The notes beneath the pieces were generated by a model, which was given only the letters and a program-made list of their open reading frames with translations, was not told the DNA's origin and made no database searches. 64,000 nucleotides of DNA from Schmidtea polychroa. Taxonomy: Eukaryota. Below are positions 1 through 13,853 of this stretch, in pieces. How positions within the stretch are numbered: the first letter of the stretch is position 1; each line of letters opens with the position of its first letter. The translations under genes were made by a program, and so were the position numbers. The stretch lies in assembly GCA_044892525.1 (NCBI GenBank), contig CM097885.1, positions 162,626,001 to 162,690,000 on the forward strand. Direction: 5' to 3'.

Positions 1-343
1 GATTGAATGTATATTTAAAAATTTAATGTTAATTCTAGGGTAAATTTAATTAATTTCTTGATAATTGGATGTATTTTTATTGACTTGTTTTTTAATTTTA
101 AATAAAAATTATTTTTAATGACAGTTAGCTTAATAATCAAGTGATAGAATAAGGTTTTGATAATAACTTTGTAATGTATTTGATTTTGACTAAATAATCT
201 TTTCAATAATTTTCTAAGAATATTTTCATTTACACATTGATGAACTTTTAAAAAACAAGCTAAGAAACCAAGGATGATTGAAAATGATTGGCTGAATCGC
301 TGAAGAATTATGATCAATCAATATATATCATCTCTAGTTAGGT

Positions 344-3300
344 CAGTGGTTTCCAACCTGGGGGGGGGCGTGCAGATGTTTTTAAAATCTTGTTAATGAA
401 TACAGATCAAATAGGTTAAAAAATAAATCAGTAGTATATTTAATTTACAATTCTTGTCGGAAATTTTTCAAATATGAATGCGAAATTATTTCATTAAAAA
501 TATTCTCAAAACAAAATATCTCATTTTCTTTTTTCAATCCGAGCACTAATAGAGCATGAAAACAAAAGATAAGTACTTGCATCATTCGAGTATTCTCGTA
601 CTTATGCACGCCAAACTTCAGAAATAAGAAGCATCTGATTGTTTATATTCTATAAACAAAAGTAGTTGTTCATAGTGCTCACGATAACAACTTCAATACA
701 TAGATAAAACACTTTGATTTGGTATTTTAAAATATAAACATACAGATAGATATCATAACTATTATAATAGTACCTTGTTAATTAAAAAATGCTGATATAA
801 TTCAAGGTAGTTTTTCGAAACTAGCGCAAAATTTCGAATCTGTAAACATAAAATAACATTTATTTTGACCTTCATCTACTTTTTTTTCATTTATATCGAT
901 TTTTTACTTTATTTTATATTCACCAATAACATTTTAATGGAGTAATATGAATATTGTTTTTGTAGTAATTCACGGTTAAGTAAAAATGACACAAGATATT
1001 TTTTTATTGTTCATATTCATTAATAAAATTTGTTAAAAAATTAGTTTTTAATTCTACATTTATAAATTATCCAAATTAAGACTGATATTTTATTTAAAAG
1101 GTAATATTGATTTAATTGTATTGTATTTTAAATTAATATAAAAGGCTTGATTTAAAATAATACCCCTTTTAGATGGATAAATACGTAACTAGCTTTAAAA
1201 GAAAATCAAATGAAGCTGAAGCTGAAGCAGAAGCAAAGAGCGAAAGTAAAGAAGAAAATTTCGTAAGCATATCTTCACAAATTAGTAAACTTAAATATAG
1301 AAAATATGACCCAGTATACTTATCATTTGGATTTACATATAAGATTATTAATGGAAAAGAGCATCCATTGTGTTTACTGTGTATGAATACTTTGGCCTCA
1401 GACAGCATGAGTCCAAATAAGTTAAAACAACATCTTGAAAAATGTACATGGTGATCTCGTTGGTAAGACGAAAGAATTTTTCAAAAAAAGTTAGAAAGTT
1501 TAAGTAAACAACAAGAAATGTTTCTAAAGACCATGTCTATATCACAAAAAGCATTGCTTGCGTCATATAAAGTTTTTTATAGAATTGCCAAATGCAAAAA
1601 ACCACATTCGATAGGTGAAACTCTGGTGTTACCTGCAGCCATTGATATGATAGAAACTATGCTTGGAGAATCATATGCTGACCAACTTAAAATAATTCCC
1701 CTTGCAGATAACACGGTTGGAAGATTGATCCGAAGATCTTTGCGACCAATTAATAGAAAAAGTAAAACTGTCTTCTTTCGCATTGCAAGTAGATGAAGCT
1801 ACTGATGTTATTAAGGATCCACAAGTGATAATATATGTAAGATATGTTGTTGAAACCGATATTAAAGAAGACATGTTGTTCTGCAAACCTATTGAATTTA
1901 ATACTACAGCAAAGGAAGTTTTTAAAATCATTGATATTTTTTTTAAAGAAAATGGCATTCTATGGGAGAACTGTGTTGGGCTATGCACAGATGGAGCTCC
2001 ATCCATGGCTGGAAAAAACGCTGTTCTACAGGCACTAGTTCGAAAGGTGGCTCCTCGTGCAGTTTGGACACATTGCATGATTCATAGACAATCACTTGTA
2101 TCAAAAAATATGAATGAAGATCTCCTCACAGTATTTGAAATTGTTACAAAAGTTGTAAATTTTATTAAAAATAGCCCATTAAGAGCAAGGATTTTTGCAA
2201 AATTGTGTGATGACATGGGTTCAGAATATAGATCACTTCTATACTATTGTGAGGTACGATGGCTTTCACGTGCTAAAGTACTTCAAAGGGTGTTTGAGCT
2301 AAAAGATGAAATCGCTATATTTCTTAGTGATAATAATATAGATGAAGCACATTTGTTTTTTGATACGAAATTCCTTGTTAAACTTGCGTATTTAGTTGAT
2401 ATTTTTCAAAAACTTAGTATTTTAAATAAATCAATGCAAGGGGTTCAATTTCATACTTTTACGAAGAAAGACAAGATCACTGCATTTATCAAAAAAAAAG
2501 AACTGTGGATAATATGTTTAAAAAATAATAACTTTGACATGTTTCCAACTTTTAAACTTACATGTCTCGCTGAAGTAATAGAAGAAAGTAAAATTTTTAT
2601 TAACAATCATTTGACAAGTCTACAGAAGCAATTTTCATTATACTTTAAGGATCTAGACATGTCCAAATATGAATGGATTAGAAATCCATTTATGATTGAG
2701 GAATATAATGATTTTAACCTTACGACAGCAGAACAGGAAATGATTATTGATTTATCTAGTGATAGCACATTAAAGCAGATGTTTTATGATGTAAATAATA
2801 TTGTTACATTTTGGCTAAGAGTAAAGGACGAATTTTCCACTTTGACAAATAAAGCTTTAGAAATTTTATTGCCATTTGTAACATCTTATTTGTGTGAAAC
2901 TGGCTTTTCTACAGTAGCTGTTCTAAAAACGAAGCATCGATCTCAATTAATGATAGAAAAGGAATTGAGAACCGCGATTTCTTCAATGATACCACAATTT
3001 GAGAAGATTTGTGCAGGAAAATAAGCTCAAATATCGCATTAAAAGTGAAAACAGTATTATGCGCCTTATTCATACTCTTAAAAATAAAAAACAAATAAAA
3101 AATTAACGAATTGAAAAAAATCAATATAAATAAAAATAGTTTAACAAATTTTAAAGTTATATGTAATTTTCGGATAAACTTTTTATGGTGGATTACAAAA
3201 TATTATGAATTTAAGATGTGTAAGTAATCAGTTTTTGTTTTTTAATTTTAAAATTTTGTTGTCGTCTTAGTTTTAACTTTTACATATTCATAAATAAATA

Positions 3301-3400
3301 AAGTTTAAAAAATGTCGACATTGTTTGTTTTGGTAATCAACTAGTTATTCTAAGTACGACCCAAACCAACTCATTTTTTTATAAATATGGCCTACACCTG
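344..3400 (+). mobile_element. hAT DNA transposon, Buster/ZBED5-SCAND3 type (right end not resolved)
   Basis: Left TIR CAGTGGTTTCCAACCT at 344, preceded by AGTTAGGT (nnnTAnnn, Buster-type target). It encloses a decayed transposase. No matching right TIR or TSD found, so the end coordinate is approximate. Confidence 0.85.
1173..3042 (+). pseudogene. Buster-type hAT transposase (BED finger + DDE), frameshifted
   Basis: ORF pieces 1173-1454, 1518-1796 and 1783-3024. Motifs YxxxYLSFGF, PLCLLC..KLKQH (BED), QVDEATD, CTDGAPSM, THCMIHRQ, EVRWLSR, YLCETGFS. After an in-frame TAA the canonical Buster C-terminus AQISH* ends at 3042. Confidence 0.93.
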
Positions 3401-6400
3401 CTCTAAATTGTTCTTAAATTTCATAAATAGAAATACAAAATTCTAATATATAATTAGTATAATTTAATTTTTAAAAACATCAGCAATCGAATCTATATAA
3501 AAGTGGATAAATAAAAATAGTTTAAATATTTAAATTTTCATTTGGTTTGAAAATAATGTATAAAATTACAAAATATTAATTTTATTTCGTATTTTAATAC
3601 TTTTTATCCCTAAAAATTTTTATTTTAAAAATAGGTTTTATTAAAAATTATAATAAAAATGTGGAAATAAATATAAATAAAACAAGATATTTATAAAAAA
3701 AAATTTTATTAGTGCTTAATAATAATATCCGAATTTGGTTATAATGAAACTGAGTCTTCCTAAAAACTTTTCACAGTTCAAAATTATTAACTCGTTTTAG
3801 TCTTGCAGCTGGTTTGTCTGTCAAATGTAAATTAGTCATCAAACTTTATTCCACGATACTTAATAATAATGTAGCATTTCTTTTTTACTTGTTTCTCAAA
3901 AATAAATTTCTAAAATTAACAGGAAATTCTTATTTTTACAACTAATACTGTTAACATTACAAATACACTTAGTTTTCAAATTATGGCTGTTTTGTGGAAT
4001 CTTCTGGAATTTAAGAATTTTAAACGTAATATAATTGACGAATTACTAACGTAATATATTTTATATTATTTGGAAAATGAAAGTAGAAATATTTAATATT
4101 TTTAATTTAAAAATAATAATAACAAATTACCATATTCGAATAAATGTTTAATTCCATTATAAATTATTGTGAATATCATCTACCAAAGGAAACAACCAAT
4201 TGGTTTGTAGTTATACATCAAAAGGCTGAAAGTAGCCTAATATAGATAATTTATTTTCTTGACAATTTTAATAATAATTCGCCTGTGTTCCTTTATTACT
4301 ATTACAAATCAATAGACTTCAGTAAATCTTACTTTAATTTAGTTCTTTTCTCAAAAATAGATTGAACAATGCTCGATTAAATAATTATTCATTTTCTAAA
4401 ATTCAATAAAATGCTAAATTTTGATATTAAATTACTCATTCATTTTCAATTTCTTTATGATTTGAAACGTTGTAATCATTACAAATTTATGTATCAAAAT
4501 ATAAACTAAAATTTTCTCTCATTATAATTTCAATTATTTAAACAAATAGATTTCTTAAATTCTTTGTTTAAAAAAACAATTGTAATTAAAGAGAATTCAC
4601 CAAAAAATGAATATTTTTTCATCAAATTCGATTTTTTTTAATTCAAGAGCAAATTAATGTATAAAAATCTTTTTTTAGCATTATTAAATTAATTGTAAAA
4701 TAGAAAACACTTTAACTGACCTGATAACGATGGAAAGTTAAAGTCATATAATTCGAGAGTCATGGGAATTTGAGACAATGATTGAGCTTTTGATATAAAT
4801 GTTTAGTAAATTCTCCAAATATTTTTAAAAGGTTCCAACTAACATCTAAATTTTGGCAATTAAGATAAAAAATAATTCTTTAATTAATTTAATTAAAATA
4901 TCAATTAGATCAGAAATGAAGAGCAGATGGCGCTTGAATCGGATCATTGAAATCAATCTCAAAATCATCAAATTTGCATAAAAAGTTGATTGTCTGGTCA
5001 TCTAAAACTGCAGCACAATAGAAGAATAGAATTATCAACATCCAAAATCACCACAATATTTGTTTAGCTATATTAAAACATGAAGATATACACCAAAGCA
5101 GAACTGTTTAATAATCTTGCTTTTTAATTGAATTAAATTTTGATAAGGAATATCTGCTTACAACATTAAGAAATCTGAAGCTCAAAATCCAGGAATGGCG
5201 ACCAATGTCTTATCATATGATTCATATAGCATATTTTAGAAGATGATGATGTTATTATAAAACACCAATATGTCGACAAAATAAGATATTACCCCAATAT
5301 ATTGGTTACTGTTAGAGACTAGAGAACTGCCACCAATTTGGGAAGATATAACACAAGCAGATTATCAAAAAAGTGATTCTGATTTGGCCTGAAACCAGAT
5401 TTGAGACATTATTGGACTATATTATGATATATTTGAAGTTGGATGTATATCTTTTAGCAGACTAATTTCAACAACACAAAATTGAAACAAAAGCGCATAA
5501 TGAATTTGAACCAATTAATTTTTTTGGAATTCGAGGATGTCGTAGAAATCTATACTGAGGTCCTAAGATAGACCCATTAAATTGAAATAGGAGTACAAGA
5601 TGTATAATTATTATGAAGCTGTAATTCGAGGTGTGACTTTCGTTAACAAACATCGAGAGATGAAAATATAGATTTATTATATATGTTAGAGGTAGGCCTG
5701 GAACCTGAAATTTAAAATAATAAAAAATTTACTATATTTAGAATAAGTGTATTAAAAATAATAAACAATTACTTAAAACAAAATATAGGTAAAATTAAAA
5801 TACTATAAATAGTAACTATAATATTACTAATAATATAATAAACAAATATTATTTAATATAAATAGCGGTTTAAAATCAGAACCAAGGGACGAACAATTTA
5901 GGATGCAAATTACGGGCGAGAAATTCTCAAACAATTAAAATTAAAAATAAGTGCATCTCTGTGAAGAAACGTGATTAAAGAATCAGTGTAAATTGATTAT
6001 ATTTGGAGAAGAAAACAATTTGATTTTAATTAACGAAGGAGATTTGATCGGAGATATTGATCAGTAAAATTGAAATAAATAGTCGAACAAAAAATTCCAA
6101 GAGAGAGAAAATTTTGAGACTACGATTGAGTGGAAAATATTTGAATCTACGATTGATCAAAGTATATATTTGTTGTTTGTTTGAAGGATAAGATACTATC
6201 CTTGTGTCGTTTTCGTTATTGTGAAATTTAAAAGAGCGAATACAAAGTATTGACAACTTACTTTTGTATTCCTTGGGTGCCCCAAAATAATCCAATTTGC
6301 TTAACCATTTATTTCATCAACTTTGCGATCGTTGTGCTACACAGGAGCTATCGAACTCTTGCAGGCTGAGATAAACAGCATGGATTAACAAATCCGTAAC

Positions 6401-6574
6401 TTGTATTCTCTGGTACAATTTGTAAATTGTAAATTATTAATAAAAGTTTGAAAAGAGAGAAGTTGTCTTTTTATTTGAATTAAATACGCGCAACCACATT
6501 AAATATCTTATATTTATTTATTGGAGTCATAGTGTTAAGATTAGTAGCCCACATCTTTTCGATCTTAACATATA

Positions 6575-7412
6575 CACTAATCCCTCAAATTACGCGGTCA
6601 TAAAAAATAATATTTTTTTAATGAAATCAAACATATTTGGTGGCAAGTATCTCTCAAATGCATATATTACATAAGATTACTCACGTTTTTAAATGTAACA
6701 AAAGCGTTAGGACAAGGGTTTGAAAATTTGATTTATTTGGTGTCAAGAAACGAACAAGAGAATGTTGAAAGTAGCGATGATAGTGATATTACTAATAAAC
6801 CAAATAAAGTTACGTGTAAAGACATTTCTGAAATTTTACAATTGGCCAGTAACTTAGAAAATAAGGTTCTGGCCACTGATCCTGATATTGACCGTGCTGT
6901 TAAATTTCAGCGAGACATTAAAAGCCTTTGCGTGCAATACAATGGGATTTACAAACATTTTTAAAAAAAAAACACACAAAAATTGGTTACAGACTATTTA
7001 ATAAGACTAGAAGAAGAGCAAGCTGCTGGATTTGAATCCAGTGATAGTAGCGATTTCGAGCCAACCAAAAAGAAAAATTTGGTGAATTCGAATATAGTAA
7101 TGAGGAGGCGGAATAATTAAATTACAATTATTCCTTTTATTATACCTTTTAACTATGAACATGTTATAAATTTTACAATTTAAAATTTAATTGTCGATTT
7201 TTTTAATCTATCTCTAAATAAAATTGCATTTTTATGCCTCGTTTTACGCGAGTTTCTGAAACCTATCCCCTTACTTTATATGAACTCGAAGTCTCGATTT
7301 ACGCAGATTTTTATTTTTTGGAACCTATCTATCATTTTTGTATGAATTTAAAGTCTCGATTTGCGCGTTAATTTCTTGGAACGTATTTACCGCGTAAATC
7401 GAGGGAGTGGTG
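6575..7412 (+). mobile_element. Internally deleted Tigger/pogo element
   Basis: Imperfect TIRs CACTAATCCCTCAAATTACGCG / rc CACCACTCCCTCGATTTACGCG, flanked by TA on both sides. It carries a Tigger C-terminal fragment (6728-7010, ending ..KLVTDYF). Confidence 0.8.
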
Positions 7413-7488
7413 TATTGATAAATAACCTGTGTCAGATGGTGCTTAGTCAGAGTTTGCTATATGGAAACTTTCGATGTGTCCATGAAGT

Positions 7489-8390
7489 TGTTGGGTTAAG
7501 AATAAAATAGAAAATTCTTCTCGGTTGATAAGGTTTTTCTTGTTTTAATCCATTTAAAATAGGTAAGTGGTAGACTGAAACGATCCATATAGCAAAGAAA
7601 TCGCAAAAAGAATACTTAAAATCATTTAAAAACATTTAATAAAACAAAATAGAAACATAACAAGTGAAAATAAGAAAAACAAAATTAATAAAATCGAAAG
7701 TCACAACCAGTTACACTTGAAACATACGATAAGGAGCATTAAAACAAAAAATAAATCACCGAAAAAAGACATACAACTACAGAAATTACCATCGTATCCA
7801 TGGGATATGGATGGTATGTAAAGGCGATCATTTAATTAAACAGGATTGAAAAGAAAAGAAACAGTTTTAAAATTAATTAATAAACAAATTTAAATAAACA
7901 AATAAATAGACCAATCAAAATGATTGGAATTTGAAAGTTAAAAATGATCATTAAATCAAGTTATAAAAATCTATATAAGAGACCGTCTCCGGAGACACTT
8001 TACCTTTCTTTTTAAAAAATTTCAGATTTAAGATCAGCTCTACAATAAAAAGAACCGTTATAATTTATAAACAAACCATCTGGGCAATTTATATTCTTTT
8101 CGATATCTGAAATTCGATCACTGAAGTAATTTTTGTTGATTTCATATTTATGATCCTTTTAATGCAAATATTATGTATAATTTTCTATGATATTAAACGT
8201 TTACTATTTGTTTTCTTTCTTTTATGGTAATGAGTAAATAACTTTCTATTTCACGAAATAAGGCAGGTTCTAAATTTGTTTAATATTTTCGACGTAAGAC
8301 CTTCTATCGGCAGTCTCGAGCCCGATGAGAATGGCTGCAGATGATTAGTCTTAAGTCAAGGGCTCACCTGCTTTGTGTTGGACCAGGAAG
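7489..8390 (+). mobile_element. Truncated member of the TGTTGGG long-LTR family
   Basis: Starts TGTTGGGTTAAG, followed by a strand-biased A-rich tract. 8345-8372 matches the family 3' motif (TAGTCTTAAG..GGCTCACCTGCT). No 3' terminus or TSD found. Confidence 0.45.
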
Positions 8391-9030
8391 AGAAAAATTT
8401 CTTTTTAATCAAACATTCAATTATATTTTTGTTTGATCTTAGAATCTTGTTTTTTTCTTAGTTAGGAGGTTCAACATTGAAAATTATGAGAGAAATAGAA
8501 TATTTAGATAAAAAAATAGGAATTAAAATGAGATCAGATAAAATAAAAGTTTTAGTAAACTAGAAAAATAAATAAAATCAGAAAAAAATACGAACAGATA
8601 GGGTGCTAATCAGGATTAAACGAAATAAAATAAATTGAGAAAACCTATAAATGAATAATTAAATTAAAAAAGTAAAAAAGGAACAAATTAAAAAATAAAA
8701 TTAAGATTAAGAAATAAAATTAAGATTAAGAAATAAAATAGAAAAATCAGTAAATCACACAACTACTAAATCCTGATTGGATAAGACAGTGGAAAAATCA
8801 ATATATATATATACAAGTAGCTTAGTTAGATTTTCCAATGTTATTTTTATTAAATCTACTATAGGCAAACATTCGACACCTGTTCCTACAAGCTGACTAA
8901 TTCAGGCTAAAACCAGGAACTCTAATCTATTCAATTCCGTTTTATTTAGCAGAACCATATTCGGGAAAATGTAATTTTTTATTTTTGTTATTAAGGTACC
9001 ATTGAATCTTTATGTATAAAAGTAGACTAT

Positions 9031-11850
9031 TGTTGGGCTGGAAAGAGACGATAATTTAAAAAAAAATCATAGGAGAAAAACACTAGGAAATAAAATAAAA
9101 ATCATAAATAAATCAAAAATGAATTAAAAACCTAGACAAATAAGCATCAGGAATAAATAATAACAAATTAGTTAGAGAAAATTAAAACGAAAAATAAAAA
9201 AATGAAAAATTAAGATAAGAAAACCGGAAAAAATAGTAGAATAATATAAAATTAAATAATAAAAAAGAAAATAAATAAAAAATAAGGAAACAATAAGGAA
9301 ACACTAAGAAAAACCACGAAAACCAAAGACACCGAATTAAAATAAAGAATTACACAGCGCCCAATTCTGATGGGTCCGCACAAACGCAAAATTAAGTATA
9401 TAAGGGAAACACTGAAATAAAATTTTCAGTGTTAACCCAAATATTATTTAAGACCTTTAAGGACGAACTTACAAAGCACTTCAAGAATCCAACTATAACT
9501 CAAGGACTAATTTCGGAAATCTTCAAGCCACAAATCACTCGAGGATCCATTTTCATTTTCAACGGGAAAGATTAAAAGAGTAAAATTAAATATTTTAAAT
9601 AAATAATAGTTTTTCCTTGCTTGCCAATTGATTAAACTAAATTATTATGAATTACAGTCTTACCCCGGTTAACGTTGTTAAATGGTTCCAGAAAAACGCG
9701 ATGTTAACCGAAACAACGTTATACGAAGCAATTATAATTAAGAAAAAAATTCGCAATTAAATAGATTTAAAAGATTAAGAGAATTTTGATATTATGAAAA
9801 TTAGATTTAATTCTTTATTAGAATATGTAATATATAATAAAATAATTAATTACATAATATTATGTACAAAAAAAGATTTTAAAATAACACCGCTTGCTTA
9901 GTTTTTGAAAAAACGGTTTTATTAAAAAAAACGTTACAGCGAAGCCACGCAACGTTACAGTGGGGTATGACTATAATGGTGGACCGACGTTACAGCGAAA
10001 CAACTTTATTCGGGGCAACGTTATCCGGGGTATGACTGTAGTTAAAAATTTTTATGATATATAAATATGATTATGCTCCATGAAGCGGGCGAATGAGTTA
10101 CATCTTTGATTATAACATTTTGGATTTTCGATGTGTAAATATGATTAAAGTTTTTAAATTGTCAATGCATTTCCGCGAAGCTGAGGTTCAGCTGGCCACA
10201 GCTCGAGGGACACTATTTGTTCCTCTTACCAGAAGGTCGGATGTTACTTCAGCGGCGCAGTGGTTGAAAACGGGTCATTGTGGGGGTTTCCTCACTGATC
10301 TGTCGCCACAAGAGCGAACCAGAAACTCGCGTCGATTGAATGACAATAGTTTGGATAAAATGAGCAGGAATTTTTGCAAGCGTCACTCGTGAATCGTTTT
10401 TTCGCAATGATTAAGGTGGTCGAGTCGTCGTCTGTCGTGCGTTACTCCAGGAAAGTATACTTTATCGATCGTCATTTTCTGATCACCGAAGCTCGCGTTC
10501 ATCGTCGGATTATTATCCCAGAAATTCCAGTGCCAAATTTTTGATCTTTATCAGTTCAGGTCACCCACCATCACCAAATAGTAGAAATGGTAAATGGGAC
10601 TACCATATTGCTTTGACCAAGAATCTTTTTTCGGATAAGCCACGCCATGACGAACTTGAGAATTTCGGATAGATTTGCCTCGATAGACTCGCCTTAATGA
10701 ACGAACCGAGCCGAGAAGGCGGCAGAATTTTTCACGTCTCAGTAAGACTAAGCTCACCTCGTCAGGATAAACGAGTTTCTAACAAGTCGATGTCATGATG
10801 TTAACTAATTTCTACTCGTGGTCGATCAATGTGGGATGATGTAAATGTGAAAAAGCCGATACTATCGTGATTCCTGATAAATTTTCTGATATCATTGACC
10901 ACCCGCTAACAACCCTATCCGAAAGGTGGTGGGGATTTACACTCGAAATTCAGCTCGTCGGATTATCTTCGCAGGCACGGTTAAGTACAGAAAGCTCGGT
11001 TACTGAGAACTAACAGTTGAATTTAGTATGACCCACCAGCAGAACTAGACAATCAGTAAATATATATCAGTCGGTCATTCACACAAAACCGAAACCCGAT
11101 TGTAGACAAAATATTGACAGCCATCCGATAACACTACGTGATCAGTTCTAGCGCTTCTAACAGAATAGCATTACCCACCACATGCAACTTAACGTATGCG
11201 CATAAATTGCAAATGCCTACGATAGGAAAGCGCAGATTTTGTCCTAAGGCGATCGTCCTAAATGTATTTGCTGATCGTGTTTTTATCAATACATCTTATT
11301 GTTGTGACTAGTAAAAATATTTTCGTGTTATGAATCGACCAATTAAGTAATTGTGAATGTTTGAATTGGTGTTGAATTTGGTAGTTAGGAAATTCGGTAG
11401 TGGATAATGGTGGTAATGATGGGAAAGTATACGGTACGATCGACCTTGCAGGGTGCAGATATGATTTGAATGTGGTAAATCTTGCGGTTGCGTGTTGGAT
11501 AGAGATAGGTTGGCGAATAGTGTCATGATGGAGATGGTTCAACGATGTGAATGATGTGCGACATTCCTGAATGATGAAAATGACGTAAGTCCTTCTAACG
11601 GCAGTCGAATGTTGGTTAAGTCGAGTTGCGATGAAGGAGTAGTCCTAAGGCAGGAGCTCACCTGCTTCATCGCAGCTCGCCGACATGGCACAGCACCAAC
11701 ATGATGTAGATCATGGGTGTCATGCTCGGAACCAGATCGTGTGGGAACTGGGTTAAGGGTCCCTTACGAATGAGGCATGTTGTTTGTATATTAAGGGCTA
11801 TCATCCCCTAGTAGACGGAAATGATGGGTGACCCGACCCAAGACCCAGCA
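9031..11850 (+). mobile_element. Long solo-LTR-like element (TG...CA), copy 1
   Basis: Termini TGTTGGGC / ACCCAGCA with 4-bp TSD CTAT (9027-9030, 11851-11854). Colinear with 46155-48663 over most of its length. Confidence 0.85.
9655..10038. mobile_element. Tc1/mariner-type MITE nested in the solo LTR
   Basis: TIR CAGTCTTACCCCGGTTAACGTTG vs rc CAGTCATACCCCGGATAACGTTG, TA TSD. The homologous site in copy 2 (~46890, TATGAATTAG) is empty. Confidence 0.9.
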
Positions 11851-13764
11851 CTATGTAATTTTATTTATAACAATTAAAAATTAAACGATAACGTTTTTCT
11901 TTTTCCTTTAAAACATTATAACGATTTTCTTTAAAATAAAAGTGCAGTAACCGATTTGATTTTTATGATTTTTATGATTTTTATGAATTTTATTCTTTTT
12001 ATTCTTTTTATGAATGTGACCGCATTGAACTATGTTCGTAAGGTGTTGGCACTCGTGTTGATGCTAAAGCGGATGTTTGCCAGTTCAGAGCATTGGTTGA
12101 GAAATTGAGATAAACGATAGGGTTATCTTTAGAAGTGTAGATATATTTTGACAGATTTTTGAGTGTAATGCAGTGAAACCAAGGTTGAATGGAGAGCGTT
12201 TTTGGCATTGAGGTAGAATTCAGTAGGAGATTTCTGAAATTCCACGTCAGCAATAATAGATCCAATTGTTAGTACCAATTGCATAGGTACACGATAGGAC
12301 ATAGATGTCAATGTAAATCGTATTTCAATTTCCAGCGTAGAACTGGATTTACAAGTTAGTTAGCGAGGACGTTAAATCATATAACTCGGAAAGAGAATTG
12401 TCGTCATTCTGGAAGAATGACCAGTAGAAAGTTAAATCGTAGACTACAGCATATTCTAGGTAGACACAGTCACAAATCCACTCCCACCGTTAGCATTAAA
12501 TCCAAACATTAGATATATACGGTCAGTAGAGCCGAGAACCTGCAACATTCGAAACCGTGAAGATTATATAGTCGTCATGATAACTTCCACCGTAAAACAT
12601 ACTGCTCAATAAGCAAATCTTTGAGAGAGAGATGATAACGATAGTAGATCACCACCAACCTAGGCATGTACCGCAGTAGTATTCAGTAATGAAGTTAATA
12701 AAACTAAAACATCGGCAAGATTTGTTAACATGATATTTATTTCTAATGACAAGCGAATGTTTTCACATATTAGACCAATCTGATAGGAAGAATAGAATCC
12801 AGAAAGTTAAAGTATAATTAAACGTAAATATTGATTCTCAATTAAGACAAATAACATGTGGACTATGAACTTCCGAGAGAAATTAGTCGAATTGAAAGAC
12901 GAGGCGAGTGAAACAAAGTCGATAAGTGATATAACGATGTCGAGCAATTATTAAAATCGGAATTGATTATTTACATTTAACTATGATTTTGTAAATTTTA
13001 TGAAATATCGTAATTGACCTAAACTTCCGTAGTTAGCTGTACTTACAAGAAGCAAACGCATAAATATCAAATCATATTTTTCATTATTAAACATAAATGT
13101 TAGGGATTGCGATACGATGAATAAGTTTACTTTAATTATAAAAAATAATGATACTTGTAATAAATTCGTTCTGAAACTCGTGGTAATCCTAGTGAGAGAA
13201 TCCACCACATCTCTTAATTTCTCTGTCGATTTTACGCGTTTATTCCTATAACATTTGCTCATAAAATTTATATTCGAGTACAAGGAGCTAATGGTAGACT
13301 GACTGACAAGCTGATAATACTGTTGGATGATGAAGGTAGGCACATCACCACATTCAATCTCAACAAGTATTATAGGACTGGGCCCAGAAAATATAGAGTC
13401 AATGTATGCGCTGAAGAGCGTAGGTAAATCAAACAGCTCAGCAGTCCAATTCCACAACAATCCAATGCCTCAAACAATAGTAACAACCAACAATTCAATT
13501 CCTCAATTAAATTCATCAAATGATAACAATAACTTTTGTGTGATGAATCGTATCAAACTTTATTAACATTGACCTAGCCATTTTTTATTTGTGTATAAAT
13601 TTTTAGTGTATTTTACTTTATTGACATTATCAACACTCTATGTGCTTTTAACCTTATTTATTTTTATTCATATTTGTATGTAAAATTTTGATTATATTTG
13701 ATTGTAAATTTTATTGCTAAACACAAAAAATAAATATGTATATAAAGGGTAATTGATATTTATA

Positions 13765-13834
<70 letters not shown>

Positions 13835-13853
13835 GTAATAATGGTAATAATAA
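13765..13853. repeat. (AAT)n microsatellite
   Basis: Direct reading. Confidence 0.95.

Noticed and set aside
4700-5680. Less AT-rich stretch that looks like decayed coding sequence or exons
   Set aside because: No frame stays open and I recognised no domain.
12000-13500. Minus-strand fossil coding region, including a possible APE-like HSPHVICL motif
   Set aside because: The motif is too short and the surrounding frames are full of stops; no family could be supported.
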